Of a stretch of 64,000 nucleotides of DNA, positions 35,209 to 46,985 are shown in pieces. The number at the start of each line of letters is the position of its first letter. The stretch's first letter is position 1. Where the stretch lies: the NCBI GenBank assembly GCA_016721845.1, contig JADKHK010000007.1:112067-176066 (forward strand). Direction: 5' to 3'. The translations under genes and the position numbers were made by a program. The notes under the pieces are model-generated. The model had not been told where the DNA came from and ran no database searches. It worked only from the letters and a program-made list of their open reading frames with translations. This stretch comes from Lysobacterales bacterium. Lineage in GTDB: Bacteria; Pseudomonadota; Gammaproteobacteria; Xanthomonadales; Ahniellaceae.

Positions 35209-35976
35209 TCATTCGAATCCATCACGGAACAGGCGATCGGCGACGGCAGCGCCGCTGATCGCGTCGAGATCGGCCGGCCACCAGGCCGGATTGCCGCTGC
35301 CCAGGGCGCGCAGCAGACTGAATTGCAGGTTGATCGGGTCGAATTCGATGACGTCGTGGTCGAACGCGGTGACGCCGCCGAGGACCAGGGTGCGATCGAA
35401 GGACAGCAGCAGATGACCGTTGCCGAGCACGTGCAGGGCATCGAGATCGGCATTGCGCGGCACGCCGTTGGCGTCGCCATCGAAGGCCACGGCATTGAAA
35501 CTGCTGCCGTTGAACTCGACTGCGTCCGACGCTGCGACGTAACCGAGCGGCGCCAGCGTGACCCCGCGCGTGAACGACAGCAGCAGGCGGCCGTTGCGGG
35601 TCGCGACGGCATCGACGTCGATGCCTGCAGGCAGTCCGGCGGTGCTGGCATCGAAGGCCAGCGCACAGCTGGCGTAGCGGCAGGCGACGACGTCGCCGCG
35701 CTCGGCATAGACGCCCCCGACCAGGCCGGTCTGGTCGAGCGAGAACAGCACGGTGTCGTCGTCGCGGATGTCGAGTGCGTCGAGATCGGCGCCGACCGGC
35801 AGGGTCGCCGGCACCACGAATCCGATCAGGTTGACGCCATCGTCGAGCAGATAACTGTGGTCGGGCGCGGTGGCGGTGCCGATGCGCAGCGCGATGTCCG
35901 CCGAGAACTGCAGCGGTGCGCCCGTGACGGCACCGGCGAACGCGAGGAATCCGATGGCGTGCAGGCGTCTCGACAT
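35209..35976 (-). CDS. secreted protein with 3.5 copies of an about-48-aa 'ADLDAL...LLLSF' repeat (255 aa)
   Basis: Signal peptide MSRRLHAIGFLAFAGAVTGAP. Repeats: LPVGADLDALDIRDDDTVLFSLD, LPAGIDVDAVATRNGRLLLSFT, VPRNADLDALHVLGNGHLLLSFD, WPADLDAISG. Confidence 0.7.
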   Translation of the reverse strand: MSRRLHAIGFLAFAGAVTGAPLQFSADIALRIGTATAPDHSYLLDDGVNLIGFVVPATLPVGADLDALDIRDDDTVLFSLDQTGLVGGVYAERGDVVACRYASCALAFDASTAGLPAGIDVDAVATRNGRLLLSFTRGVTLAPLGYVAASDAVEFNGSSFNAVAFDGDANGVPRNADLDALHVLGNGHLLLSFDRTLVLGGVTAFDHDVIEFDPINLQFSLLRALGSGNPAWWPADLDAISGAAVADRLFRDGFE

Positions 35977-36026
35977 GGCAGCCCCGACAAAGCACGCCAA
36001 GCATAGCCGAGCACGCAGCGTGGGCG

Positions 36027-39000
36027 TCAGTCGCGCTTCAGCAGCGCCGCCAGGTCGACATAGCCGAGCAGGATCGCGACTTCGTGCGCGGTGCGCGTAA
36101 GGCCGTCGCGACGACGCGGGTCGGCGCCGCCCTTGAGCAGGCGTTCGGCGATGTCGCGCATGCCGTGCATTGCCGCGGCATGCAGGACCGAGACGCCACG
36201 ACGATCCTGGACGTCGAGGTCGGCGCCACGATTCACCAGGCGCGTGACCAGTTCGCCCAGTTCGCGGTTCGGCGAACGCGTGCCGGCCTCGGCGCGGGCG
36301 CCGAGCAGCAGCAGCAGCGGCGTCTGCCCGTCGCGGTTTGGTGCGTCGATCGGCGAGCCGGCATCAAGCAGGCGGTCGAACATGCGGAGCGATGCGATGG
36401 CATCGTCGGCCGCGAACGCGAACTGCGCCGCCGCATGCAGGGCGGTGTTGCCGATCTCGTCCTGCGCCAGCGCCGATGCGCCGCGCACCAGCAGCACCTG
36501 GACCAGATGATCGTTGCCGAGTGCGCAGGCGACCATCAGCGGCGTCGCTCCACCGGGCAGGGCCTGGTCGATGTCGACGCCATGCGCGACCAGCATCGCC
36601 ACCACGCGTTCGAAGCCACGGCTCACCGCGGCGCTGAGCGGTGTCGCACCGGTGCGCGCCGAGAGACCGGCATCCGCGCCAGCGGCCAGCAGGTCGGACA
36701 CAATGCCTTCGAAGCCGCCGCCAGCGGCGCGCAACAGGGCCGTGCAGCCCTGCGCGTCGCGGCCGTCGATCGGCAATCCGAGTTCGCGCAGCTTGGCCAC
36801 AGCGTCGCGATCACCGGCCTGCGCCGCGGCGGGCAAGTCGGCTTCCATCAGGGCACGCCGCGGCAACTTCCAGTTCGGCCAGCGCAACAGCCTGAGTGCC
36901 TGCTCATGCCGGGCCAGCGTGGCGCGACCGAGCGGGGTTTCGCCGTCGTTCGCGCGACGCTCGGGATCGGCACCGGCGCGCAGCAAGGCCGTCAGCACGA
37001 CATCGCGTCCGGCCCCGGGCAGGCGCATCAGCAGATGCAGGGCGGTCTGGCCGCTGTGGTCGGCGGCATTCGGATCGAAGCCGCGTGCCAGCAGCAGGCG
37101 CGCGGTGCCCGGCAAGGCCGCACGCAGGGCCAGATGCAGGGCCGAGGCGCCGCCGCTGATGCGGGCATGGCCGTCGGCGCCGAGGTCGATCAGGGACTGC
37201 GCGAATGCATCGAGCCCGGCGTGTGGCGCGAAGTCGTCGTCCGCGGCATTCGCGAGCAGGGGCAGCAATACGCCGGCACCTGCAGCCGAGGCGCCGGCCT
37301 CGAGCAGGACGCGCATGCAATGCACCGGCACCGGCCGCAGCCGTGCCGCCATCTGCAGGGCTTCGCTGTCGTCGAGCGGCGCTGCGACCGGATCGAATCC
37401 GTGCGCGATCAGCATCTGCAGGATCGCGACATCATCGCGTTCGAGTGCGATGCGGAACGCGCGCAGCAAGGTCTCGACCGACGGCGGTGGTTCCAGTGCC
37501 AGCAGTTCGGCGCCGATATGGGCATGCCCCTGTTGCAACGCGTCGAGCAACAGGCGTTCGCGCTCGGCATGGTCGGGCAGCGGTTCGGCCAGTTCGTCCG
37601 GCAGCGCCAAGGTCGTCGGGCACGGCGCCTTTGGATCGATCGCGGCGACCAGGTCCCAGCGCCCGCCGGCTGCGGCGATGTCGACGGCGCTGCGGCCGTC
37701 ACGCATGCGCAGGTCGCGGTCGATGTCGAGTGCGAGCAGGGCCTTCACCGTATCCAGGTTGGCCTGTTTCGAGGCGCAGGCGAGGTGCAGCGCGTTGCGG
37801 CCCTGAGCGTCGGTCGCCGACGGATCGGGCTTGCGGAACACCAGGCGCGCGAGCACGCGATTGGCGCCGGCGCGGGCTGCTTCCATCAGCGGCGTGACGC
37901 CGTGGCTGTCGCGCGCATTCACGTCCGCGCCGGCCGCGACCAGCGCATCGGCGCAGTCGCCATGGCCGTGCAAGGCCGCTGCATGCAGGGCGCTGCGGCC
38001 GAGCTTGTCGGTCGCGGCGATGTCGGCCCGGGCCTTGAGCAGGCGTTTCAGGATCGCGGCACGATCCTCGTGGCCGCTGGCCGCGGCGATCAGCGCCGGC
38101 GTGCCGCGTGCGACTTCGGTCTTCGCGCCACGTTCGAGCAGCAGGCGCAGCACCGGTTCATTGCCGGCGCGCGCAGCGATCGCGAGTGCGGTCAGGCCCT
38201 CGCGGTTGACCTGGTCCGGCGGTGCCCCGGCATCGAGCAGCATCGCGCTGATCGTCGGATCTTCACTGAGCGCGGCGTGATGCAGCGGCGTGTTGCCATC
38301 GTGGTCGACCCGATCCGGGCGCGCGCCATTCGCGAGCAGGGTCATCACCGCATCGGGGCGGCCATGCAGGGAATCGCGGGTCGCCGCATGCAGGGCAGTG
38401 ATGCCGTTGACGGCCAGGCTCGGATCGGCCCCGTGCGCGATCAGGGCGCGCAACAGGCCCAGGTCGGACAAGGTGGCGGCGATGCACAGCGCGCTGCGCT
38501 GGTCGCGATCGTTCGGTCCGGGCGCGGCATTGGCATCGGCTCCGGCGTCGAGCAGGGCCAGCGCCTGCGGGATCTGGCCGGCTGCCGCCGCATTCAGCAG
38601 CGCCAGGCCTTGGTCAAGCGGCGTCGTGTCGGCCGCCGCGTCGGTCGCGGGGTCACCGATCGCATCGTGTGCGCCAATGAAGACCGGTGCCGTCATCGTC
38701 GTCGCAGGCGCCGCGCCGATCTCGTCCTCGGTGACGATCAACAAGGCCGCCGTGCGCCACAGGGTCAGCACGTGCACCCAAGGCGCCAGCAGCAGCGCAT
38801 ACGCGATCCATCCCGGCTGGCGCCAGGCCGGCGGCAACAGCGGCGTGAATCCGGACAACGCCGCCGCGCCCAGCACGAGTGCAATCCAGCCCAGCGCGAC
38901 CAGCACGCCGGCACCGAAATGGCGATCGCCCTGCTGGCCGGTGAGATGCAATGCGAACACCGTGCTGCGATCGAGCGCACGCAGCAGGCCGCGACCCTCG

Positions 39001-39404
39001 TAGGCGTCGTCCCAGACCAGGGCGAGGCCAGGCGCGGGCCACAGTCGCAGGGCGGCACCGATCGCGACCAGAAAGCCGCCGGACAGCACCAGCGCCAGCA
39101 TCGGCGTGCGCGACTGCAGCACCTCATGCAGCGGCCAGCCGATCATGGCCAGCACGATGGCCGCGTAGAGCAGCAGTCCGCACAGCGCGACGCTGCCGCG
39201 ACGGAACCACAGGCCGGGGAAGTCATCATCCAGTTCGTAGCCCAGCACCCGCGCCGCGCCCGCAGCCAGCGCCGGTTGCGCGAGCACGATCAGCAGCGTC
39301 GCCGCCCACGGCGGCACAAAGGCACCTGCGAGGATCAGCAGGATGCCGGGAACAAGGAAGCGCAGATCGGCGATCACCGGAAACACACGCGCGGCAGCAG
39401 TCAT
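36027..39404 (-). CDS. giant membrane-anchored ankyrin-repeat protein (1125 aa)
   Basis: N-terminal 270 or so aa with multiple TM helices. About 800 aa of ANK repeats follow (many G-x-TPLH/ALH-x-AA...G...VV/LL-x-LL-x-x-GAD units, on the order of 20). Starts 20 nt downstream of pepN. Confidence 0.85.
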   Translation of the reverse strand: MTAAARVFPVIADLRFLVPGILLILAGAFVPPWAATLLIVLAQPALAAGAARVLGYELDDDFPGLWFRRGSVALCGLLLYAAIVLAMIGWPLHEVLQSRTPMLALVLSGGFLVAIGAALRLWPAPGLALVWDDAYEGRGLLRALDRSTVFALHLTGQQGDRHFGAGVLVALGWIALVLGAAALSGFTPLLPPAWRQPGWIAYALLLAPWVHVLTLWRTAALLIVTEDEIGAAPATTMTAPVFIGAHDAIGDPATDAAADTTPLDQGLALLNAAAAGQIPQALALLDAGADANAAPGPNDRDQRSALCIAATLSDLGLLRALIAHGADPSLAVNGITALHAATRDSLHGRPDAVMTLLANGARPDRVDHDGNTPLHHAALSEDPTISAMLLDAGAPPDQVNREGLTALAIAARAGNEPVLRLLLERGAKTEVARGTPALIAAASGHEDRAAILKRLLKARADIAATDKLGRSALHAAALHGHGDCADALVAAGADVNARDSHGVTPLMEAARAGANRVLARLVFRKPDPSATDAQGRNALHLACASKQANLDTVKALLALDIDRDLRMRDGRSAVDIAAAGGRWDLVAAIDPKAPCPTTLALPDELAEPLPDHAERERLLLDALQQGHAHIGAELLALEPPPSVETLLRAFRIALERDDVAILQMLIAHGFDPVAAPLDDSEALQMAARLRPVPVHCMRVLLEAGASAAGAGVLLPLLANAADDDFAPHAGLDAFAQSLIDLGADGHARISGGASALHLALRAALPGTARLLLARGFDPNAADHSGQTALHLLMRLPGAGRDVVLTALLRAGADPERRANDGETPLGRATLARHEQALRLLRWPNWKLPRRALMEADLPAAAQAGDRDAVAKLRELGLPIDGRDAQGCTALLRAAGGGFEGIVSDLLAAGADAGLSARTGATPLSAAVSRGFERVVAMLVAHGVDIDQALPGGATPLMVACALGNDHLVQVLLVRGASALAQDEIGNTALHAAAQFAFAADDAIASLRMFDRLLDAGSPIDAPNRDGQTPLLLLLGARAEAGTRSPNRELGELVTRLVNRGADLDVQDRRGVSVLHAAAMHGMRDIAERLLKGGADPRRRDGLTRTAHEVAILLGYVDLAALLKRD

Positions 39405-39424
39405 GCCGCGCAGTATATGCGCCC

Positions 39425-42058
39425 TCAACCTGCCAGCGCCCGCGACACGATCTCGCTGGTGTCGCGCGACAGACCGGGCACGGCGGCGAGGCGTTCGAGT
39501 TCGCTGCGCATCATCGCGGCTCGGCTCGGTTCGAGGCGCCGCCAGCCGTTGAACACGGCGGCGATACGCGCCGCGATCTGCGGATTGATCGCGTCCAGCA
39601 CCGCCAGCTGCGAACCGATCAGGCGATAGCCGGCGCCGCTGGCCTCGTGGAAGCGGGCGCGATTCTGGCGCGCGAAACTGCCGAGCAGCGAACGCACCTT
39701 GTTCGGATTGCGCAGGCTGAACGCGGCATGGTCGAGCAGGGCGTGCACCCGTTCCAGCGTGCCGGGCTGCGGATTGGTCGCCTGCAGCATCAGCCACTTG
39801 TCGATCAGCAGCTGATCGTCGGCATGCCGGCGATGGAACGTTTCGGCCAGGGCCTGGGCGCCGGGCACGGCGTGGTGCATCAGTGCCGCGAGCGCGGCCA
39901 GGCGTTCGCCCATCGCGGTGGCATCGGCATACTGTTGTCGTGCGAGCGGCGCATGCGCTGCCGCGTCGGCCGCCATCAGCAGGTGCAGTGCGCGCTGACG
40001 GAAGCGCCGCGCCGACACCGGCGTCGCCGCGTAGCGACCGCGCGCGGCGTCCGCGAGGACCTCGCGCCGTGCGATCAGTGCCGCGGCCAGATGTTGTCCG
40101 ATGGCCGCGCGCAGTGCCTCGCGCACCCCGTGCAGTCGGGTCGGATCGAGTGCATCGATGCGTTCGCCAAGACTGATTTCATCGGGAGGTTCCAGGCATT
40201 CCGCGACCAGCGCCGGGTCGATGTGCTCATCCGCCACCAGTTTCGCGAGTGCGTCGAGCAGCACGGCCAGCGACGGCGAAGCATCCAGCCCGCCCCGTCG
40301 ATAGGCCGCGAGCAGGATGCGCTCGGCCAGCGTCTGCGCGGCATCGAAGCGGTTGAAGTCGTCGTGCTCATGCGCGATGCGAAACGCCAGCTCCGCGTCG
40401 CTGACCGCGAATTCGAGCCGCACCGGCGCCGAGAAGTCCTGCAGCAGCGACGCGACCGGGCGTGTGTCGATGTCCTCGAACACATAGTCGGCCACCGCAT
40501 CGGTCAGGACCAGCACGGTCTGCTCGGCGGCCTCCGTACCCGTGCCGGCACGCCGTAGCGGATACGGCCGGCCATCGGGCGCATACAACATCATCCGCAC
40601 CGGAATCGGCAGCGGCTGCTTGCTCGCCTGCCCGGGCGTCGGCGCGGTGTGCTGGGACAGGCGCAGGTGGACGCGGCGCGTCGGCGCGTCGTGGCAAAGC
40701 TCGGCCCGCAGCACCGGCGTGCCGGCTTGCGCGTACCAGAGCTTCAGCGCATCGAGATTCGCGCCGTTGGCATCGGCCATCGCGCGCAGGAAGTCGTCGC
40801 AGGTGACGGCCTGGCCATCGTGGCGATCGAAGTAGAGATCCATGCCGCGGCGGAAGCCATCGCGGCCGAGCAGGGTGCGATACAGGCGCACCACTTCCGC
40901 GCCCTTGTCGTAGACGGTCGAGGTGTAGAAATTGTTGATCTCGCTGTACGCCGCCGGCCGCACCGGATGCGCGAACGGACCGGCATCCTCGGGGAACTGC
41001 ATGGTGCGCAACTGCCGCACGTCGTCGATGCGCTTGACTGCACGCGAGCCCTGGTCGGCCGAGAACTCCTGATCGCGGAATACCGTCAGGCCTTCCTTCA
41101 GCGACAGCTGGAACCAGTCGCGACAGGTGACGCGGTTGCCGGTCCAGTTGTGGAAATACTCGTGTGCGACGACCGCCTCGACATAATCGAGATCGGCGTC
41201 GGTGGCGGTTTCCGGATCGGCGACGATGGCCTTGGCGTTGAAGATGTTGAGGCCCTTGTTCTCCATCGCGCCCATGTTGAAGTCGTAGGTCGCGACGATG
41301 TTGAACACGTCGAGATCATAGGCCCGGCCGAACTGTTCCTCGTCCCAGATCATGGCCCGTTTCAGGCTGTCCATCGCATGCGCGCAGCGCTGGATGGCTT
41401 GCGCCTCGGCGTAGATGCGCAGGCGCACATCACGCCCTTCCATGGTCCGGAAATGATCCTCGATGCAGTCGAGCCGACCGGCCACGACCGCAAACAGGTA
41501 ACTCGGCTTCGGCCACGGATCGATCCATTCCGCGAAGTGCCGACCTTCCGGCAGGCGTCCGGACTCGCCGGGATTGCCGTTCGCGAGCAGCACCGGGAAG
41601 CGTTCGCGGTCCGCTTCGAGACGCACCCGAAAGGTCGCCATCACGTCCGGACGATCGATGAACCAGGTGATGCGGCGAAAGCCTTCGGCTTCGCATTGCG
41701 TGGTCAGGAAGCTGCCGGAGCGATACAGGCCTTCGAGGCGCGTGTTCTTGTCCGGGCGGATGTGCACCTCGGTCTCGATCGTGCAGGGCGAAGGCGCACC
41801 GGCAATCGTCAGCGATGCCGCGTCGATGCGGTACTCGTCCGCAGTCAGCGCGCGACCATCAAGGCGCAGCATGCGCAACTGCAGGTCTTCGCCGTGCAGG
41901 CACAGGGCTTCGCCGTCGTCGCGTTCGGGATGCCGTTCGAGCTGCAGTGTCGCGAACACGCGGGTCTCGGCGAAGTCGAGTTCGAAGCGCAGCGCCACGT
42001 CGCGCACGCGCCAGGCCGGAGGCCGGTAGTCGATGAGTCGGGTCGGTTCGGTGCTCAT
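39425..42058 (-). CDS. pepN: aminopeptidase N (877 aa)
   Basis: GAMEN motif (NMGAMENKGLNIF) and zinc motif HEYFHNWTGNRVTCRDWFQLSLKEG. Length and N-terminus (MSTEPTRLIDYRPPAW) are typical of PepN. Confidence 0.95.
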   Translation of the reverse strand: MSTEPTRLIDYRPPAWRVRDVALRFELDFAETRVFATLQLERHPERDDGEALCLHGEDLQLRMLRLDGRALTADEYRIDAASLTIAGAPSPCTIETEVHIRPDKNTRLEGLYRSGSFLTTQCEAEGFRRITWFIDRPDVMATFRVRLEADRERFPVLLANGNPGESGRLPEGRHFAEWIDPWPKPSYLFAVVAGRLDCIEDHFRTMEGRDVRLRIYAEAQAIQRCAHAMDSLKRAMIWDEEQFGRAYDLDVFNIVATYDFNMGAMENKGLNIFNAKAIVADPETATDADLDYVEAVVAHEYFHNWTGNRVTCRDWFQLSLKEGLTVFRDQEFSADQGSRAVKRIDDVRQLRTMQFPEDAGPFAHPVRPAAYSEINNFYTSTVYDKGAEVVRLYRTLLGRDGFRRGMDLYFDRHDGQAVTCDDFLRAMADANGANLDALKLWYAQAGTPVLRAELCHDAPTRRVHLRLSQHTAPTPGQASKQPLPIPVRMMLYAPDGRPYPLRRAGTGTEAAEQTVLVLTDAVADYVFEDIDTRPVASLLQDFSAPVRLEFAVSDAELAFRIAHEHDDFNRFDAAQTLAERILLAAYRRGGLDASPSLAVLLDALAKLVADEHIDPALVAECLEPPDEISLGERIDALDPTRLHGVREALRAAIGQHLAAALIARREVLADAARGRYAATPVSARRFRQRALHLLMAADAAAHAPLARQQYADATAMGERLAALAALMHHAVPGAQALAETFHRRHADDQLLIDKWLMLQATNPQPGTLERVHALLDHAAFSLRNPNKVRSLLGSFARQNRARFHEASGAGYRLIGSQLAVLDAINPQIAARIAAVFNGWRRLEPSRAAMMRSELERLAAVPGLSRDTSEIVSRALAG

Positions 42059-42062
42059 GGGG

Positions 42063-43363
42063 TCACAGGACGCCTTCACGCTTGATCGCAAGATAACGCT
42101 CGACGAGCGCCGCCGGTAGCGCATCGCTGTCGACATCGAGCACGCTGGCGCCATGGGCGCGCAAGGCATCGTGCGCGCGCCGGCGATCTTCCAGGTACAA
42201 CGCGGTGGCACCGACCAGCAAGGCGTCGTCGAAGTGCTTCGGTTCCTGTTCGCGGGCCTGGTCCAGTGCCTTCTCGCGCAGGCTGGCGACGATCACGACA
42301 TGGCGTCGGCGCAGTTGCCGCACCGCGCCGAGCAGGTCCTCGACGTCCTCGTCGCGGACATTGGTGATCATCACGACCAGCGAACGCCGCGGCTGGCGCA
42401 GGCCGAGTTCGGTGGCCGCGGCGAGATAGTCGGTCGCCACCGGTTGCGGCTGCAGGTCGTAGATCGCGCCCAGCATCGGATCGAGCGCGCCGAGTCCGCG
42501 TTGCGGCTTGATGAAGCGCGAGGCGCCGCCGTGCGCAAACAGGCCGACCGCATCGCCCTGGCGCAGGGCGATCCAGGCCAGCAGCAGGCTGGCGTTGAGG
42601 ACATGATCGAAATGCGAATGCGCGCCATCGCGCGCCAGCATGCGCCGGCCGGTGTCGAGCAGCAGCATGACCTGCTGGTTGCGCTCCTCGCGGTAGTCGC
42701 GCGAGATCAGCTTGCGCGCGCGCTGGCTGGCCTTCCAGTCGATCTGGCGCAGGCTGTCGCCTTCGCGGTATTCGCGCAACTGGTGGAACTCGGTGCCGTC
42801 GCCACGCCGCCGCCGCAGGTGCGCGCCGAGCACGCGGCTGGCCTGGTCGGCACCGACCAGGGCCAGTCGCCGCAGCGGCGCGAAATCCGGGTAGACCTTG
42901 ACCACGGCGGGCGCGTCGACGAGACGCTTGTGCGTCCACAGACGCAGCGGCGAATGCAGCCGCAACTGGATCGGCGCGAATGGATAACTGCCGCGTTCGT
43001 GCGCGGTCACGGCGTAGTCGAAGCGCGTGCTGGCATGCGCGCGCAGGTCGACGCGGCGCGGCAGGCCGCCGACACTGAACGTCGGCGGGTGACCGTCATG
43101 GACATCGACGCGCAGCGTCCGCGCGTCGGCCGGATGCAGGCGCAAGCCGATCTCGCGGCGCACGCCCAGCGGCAGGATGTGCGGTGATTCGCGACTGGCC
43201 AGCGGCGTGCGCAAGCGCAGCACGGCCAGCGCATCGAGCGTGGCCAGTGCGACCAGCAACACCGACGCGAACAACAGTGCCGACGACGGCACGACGGCGA
43301 ACGCCACCGCCAGGCCGATCGCGGCCAGCAGCAATGCACCGGCGATCAGCGCCGGAGCCGGCC

Positions 43364-43367
<4 letters not shown>
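42063..43367 (-). CDS. DUF58 (vWA-like) domain protein, MoxR partner (434 aa)
   Basis: Two N-terminal TM helices, FHQLREYREGDSLRQIDWKASQR (DUF58 hallmark), and a vWA-like C-terminal half. Confidence 0.85.
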
Positions 43368-44343
<976 letters not shown>

Positions 44344-44347
<4 letters not shown>

Positions 44348-45465
44348 AGGCGGCGTTCCAGTTGCAGCAGGGTGGAGACAGCGGAGTGGAAGGCATCGGC
44401 GCGACCGAGACCGACCGGATGGAGGGCAAGGCGCAACGCGGCTTCCGGCAGCTGCGCGCGTTCGGCGAGTGCAGCGAGACGTGCATCGTCGGGCAGGGCC
44501 GCGATCGCCGGCTCGCGCTCGGCGATGCGTTTCTGCACGCGCGCCAGCAGGGCGCGGTGCATCGCCACCGGCTGGCCGCGACGGAACAGGAATTCGCCGC
44601 TGGCGCGTACATGTTCGAGCAGGGCGCGACGGGGCGGCAGCGTGTCGGGCAGGATCGGCCCGAAACGCTGGCTGCGCATCCACAGCCACAGCAGCAGGGC
44701 GACCAGCGCCGGCAGCAGGAACGGCCAGCCGACCCGCACGATCAGCACGTGGAACGGTTCGATGTCGACGCCGCGGAACAAATGGATGCGCTCGCGTTCG
44801 AGCAGGGGTGCGAGCAGGGCTGCGCCCAGCTCCACCGACGCCGCGTCGTCGAGTGCGCTGTTGTGCAGCATGTCCAGTTCGCTGACCAGGAAGACGCGGC
44901 CGTCCGAGTACCAGGCATGGCCATACCAGTAGCCATAGGTCTTGTCGTCGTAGCTGGCGAGCTGGGTGTAGTGCGACTCGATGTCGCCGCCGAGGCGAGT
45001 GCCGCCGCACAGGGTGTAGCTGCGCTGGTTCGACAAGGCCAGATCGAAGCAGTGCGGATCGGGCGCCAGCGGCTCGACGCCGAGTTCGTCCAGCAGCTTG
45101 CCGGCGCGACCTTCGGCCGAGGCCGGCATGCGCAGCAGCAACAGGGCGCCGCGCCCGACGAAATCGAGCAGGGCATCGACCTCGGCCTCGCGCAGGTGGC
45201 GCGGATCCAGATCCAGCACGATGGCGCTGGCGCCGGGTTCGGCGAAGTCGGCACTGCTGAAACGCAGCCGATCGAAGACGGTATGGCCACGCGCGCGCAG
45301 CGTTTCCTCCAGTGCCAGCAGGCGATTGCGCCGTGCCGCCGGGCCCGGCGGCGTGCGGAACTCGAAGGGCACCTGGTGGAAGTTCGCGATGAACCAGTAG
45401 ACGCCACCGGCGACCAAGGCCAGGCCGAGGACCGCAAGGATCAGATTGCGCGTGCGCGTCTTCAT
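44344..45465 (-). CDS. DUF4350-like membrane protein (373 aa)
   Basis: N-terminal TM helix (LILAVLGLALVAGGVYWF), a periplasmic domain, a second TM helix (WPFLLPALVALLLWLW), and a helical C-terminus. This is the position and topology of the DUF4350 member of MoxR operons. Confidence 0.65.
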
Positions 45466-46985
45466 CGCGGCAGCGGTCCGGCGCGGTCATAGCGTGCGAC
45501 CAGTGCGGCGAAGCGCGCGGCATCCGGCGGGTCATCGGCATAGGCGCTGCGCTGCCACTGACGCACGACGTCGATCACGGCCTCGCGCGCCGCATCGTCA
45601 TCGATGCCGCGGGCAAGCCGCAACACCTCGGATTCGGTCGCGCCGGGCGTCAGCATGCCGTTCGCCCGCGCCGGCAGTGCCGCACAGGTGCCGCGATACA
45701 ACAGCGCCATCGCGGCACGGACGTCGCCGCGCGCGAACAATGCCCGTGCCGCTCCGGTTAGATCGTCCGGCAAGGCATCGGGCTCGCGGTCGGCCTCGAC
45801 CTCGGTCGTTCCCGGCGGCTTGCGTCGACGCAGTCGCTCGACCATCGGCAGGCGCCACTTCGCGACATGCATCAGCACGACGGCGATCAGCAGCGCGAGC
45901 AGGATCCACAATCCGAACTTGGCGAAGAAGCCGATGATGTTGCCGATCACGCGCAGGAAGGGCCAGGGCTCGTCGGCGTTTGCGGTGTCGGGCGGCGCAT
46001 CGATGCGCTCCCAGCGTTGCAGCAGCTTCTTCTCGCCGAACTCCGGTGCGTCGAGGGTCTTCGCGACCTCACGCGCGAAGCTGGCGTCGGGCTTGTGATC
46101 GGCGAACACGTCCGCGATCGCGCGCGACTCGATCACCTCGGCCTGCCATTCCTCGTCGTCGCTCTCGGCCCGGGCCTGCGTCGTCCCCGGCAGCGCGAGT
46201 CCCGGCACCAGGACCAGCAGCAGCGCAGCAGCGCCAATGCGGCGCGCGATGCGCCGGAACGCGAGTTCGATGTCCCAGGCCTCGAGCTGGGTACGCCGAT
46301 TCAAATACAGCGCGAAGCCGGCCGCGACGAAGAACGGCTCGACGATGCTCATCGCGAAGAACGACACAGCGTTCAGCAATATCTGCGCCCAGCGCGGCGG
46401 ATCGTCCATCAGGGTCTCGAACATCACCTGTGCCGACTCGCTCAGGAAGTCGTAGGGCACGAACATCAAGGCCAGCATGAAGACCGACAGCCAGAGCGCG
46501 ACCTCGATGTGCAGCAGCACGAGGCACAGGCCGATCGCGACGGCGCTGTTCGAGGCGCGGCCGAGCAGGGTCGAGCGTGCGCGCCGTTCCGGGCCGCGCA
46601 GACCTTCGAGCAGGGCCACCGGCATGCTTAGTCCGCGCGATAGATCGATGCGCCGCCACAGCAGCCACGGCCAGACCGCGCCGAGCCGGAACTGCTGGCG
46701 CAGGGTCTGGCGCACGCTCGGCGGGTCGGTGAACACCGCACGCGACAGGATGTGCAGCACCAATTGGTCGAACCACGGTTTCAGCCACCACAGCAGCAGT
46801 CCGGCCAGCCAGACCTGGTCGATCGCGTAGGCGAGCGCGTTCAGGACCGCGAACAGCGGCAGTCCGAACAGCAGCCAGCTGCGCGCGATCACGCCGGCAT
46901 GGCGCCGGATCAGGACGAAGCCGAGGTCGGCGGCTTCCCAGGGGCTGCGGCTGCGCAGCGCGACGTGCAAACCCTCAGGCCGCAT
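45462..46985 (-). CDS. DUF4129-like polytopic membrane protein (507 aa)
   Basis: Several TM helices in the N-terminal half. C-terminal TM helix plus helical domain (ALPDDLTGAARALFARGDVRAAMALLYRGTCAAL) resembling DUF4129. Confidence 0.65.
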   Translation of the reverse strand: MRPEGLHVALRSRSPWEAADLGFVLIRRHAGVIARSWLLFGLPLFAVLNALAYAIDQVWLAGLLLWWLKPWFDQLVLHILSRAVFTDPPSVRQTLRQQFRLGAVWPWLLWRRIDLSRGLSMPVALLEGLRGPERRARSTLLGRASNSAVAIGLCLVLLHIEVALWLSVFMLALMFVPYDFLSESAQVMFETLMDDPPRWAQILLNAVSFFAMSIVEPFFVAAGFALYLNRRTQLEAWDIELAFRRIARRIGAAALLLVLVPGLALPGTTQARAESDDEEWQAEVIESRAIADVFADHKPDASFAREVAKTLDAPEFGEKKLLQRWERIDAPPDTANADEPWPFLRVIGNIIGFFAKFGLWILLALLIAVVLMHVAKWRLPMVERLRRRKPPGTTEVEADREPDALPDDLTGAARALFARGDVRAAMALLYRGTCAALPARANGMLTPGATESEVLRLARGIDDDAAREAVIDVVRQWQRSAYADDPPDAARFAALVARYDRAGPLPR

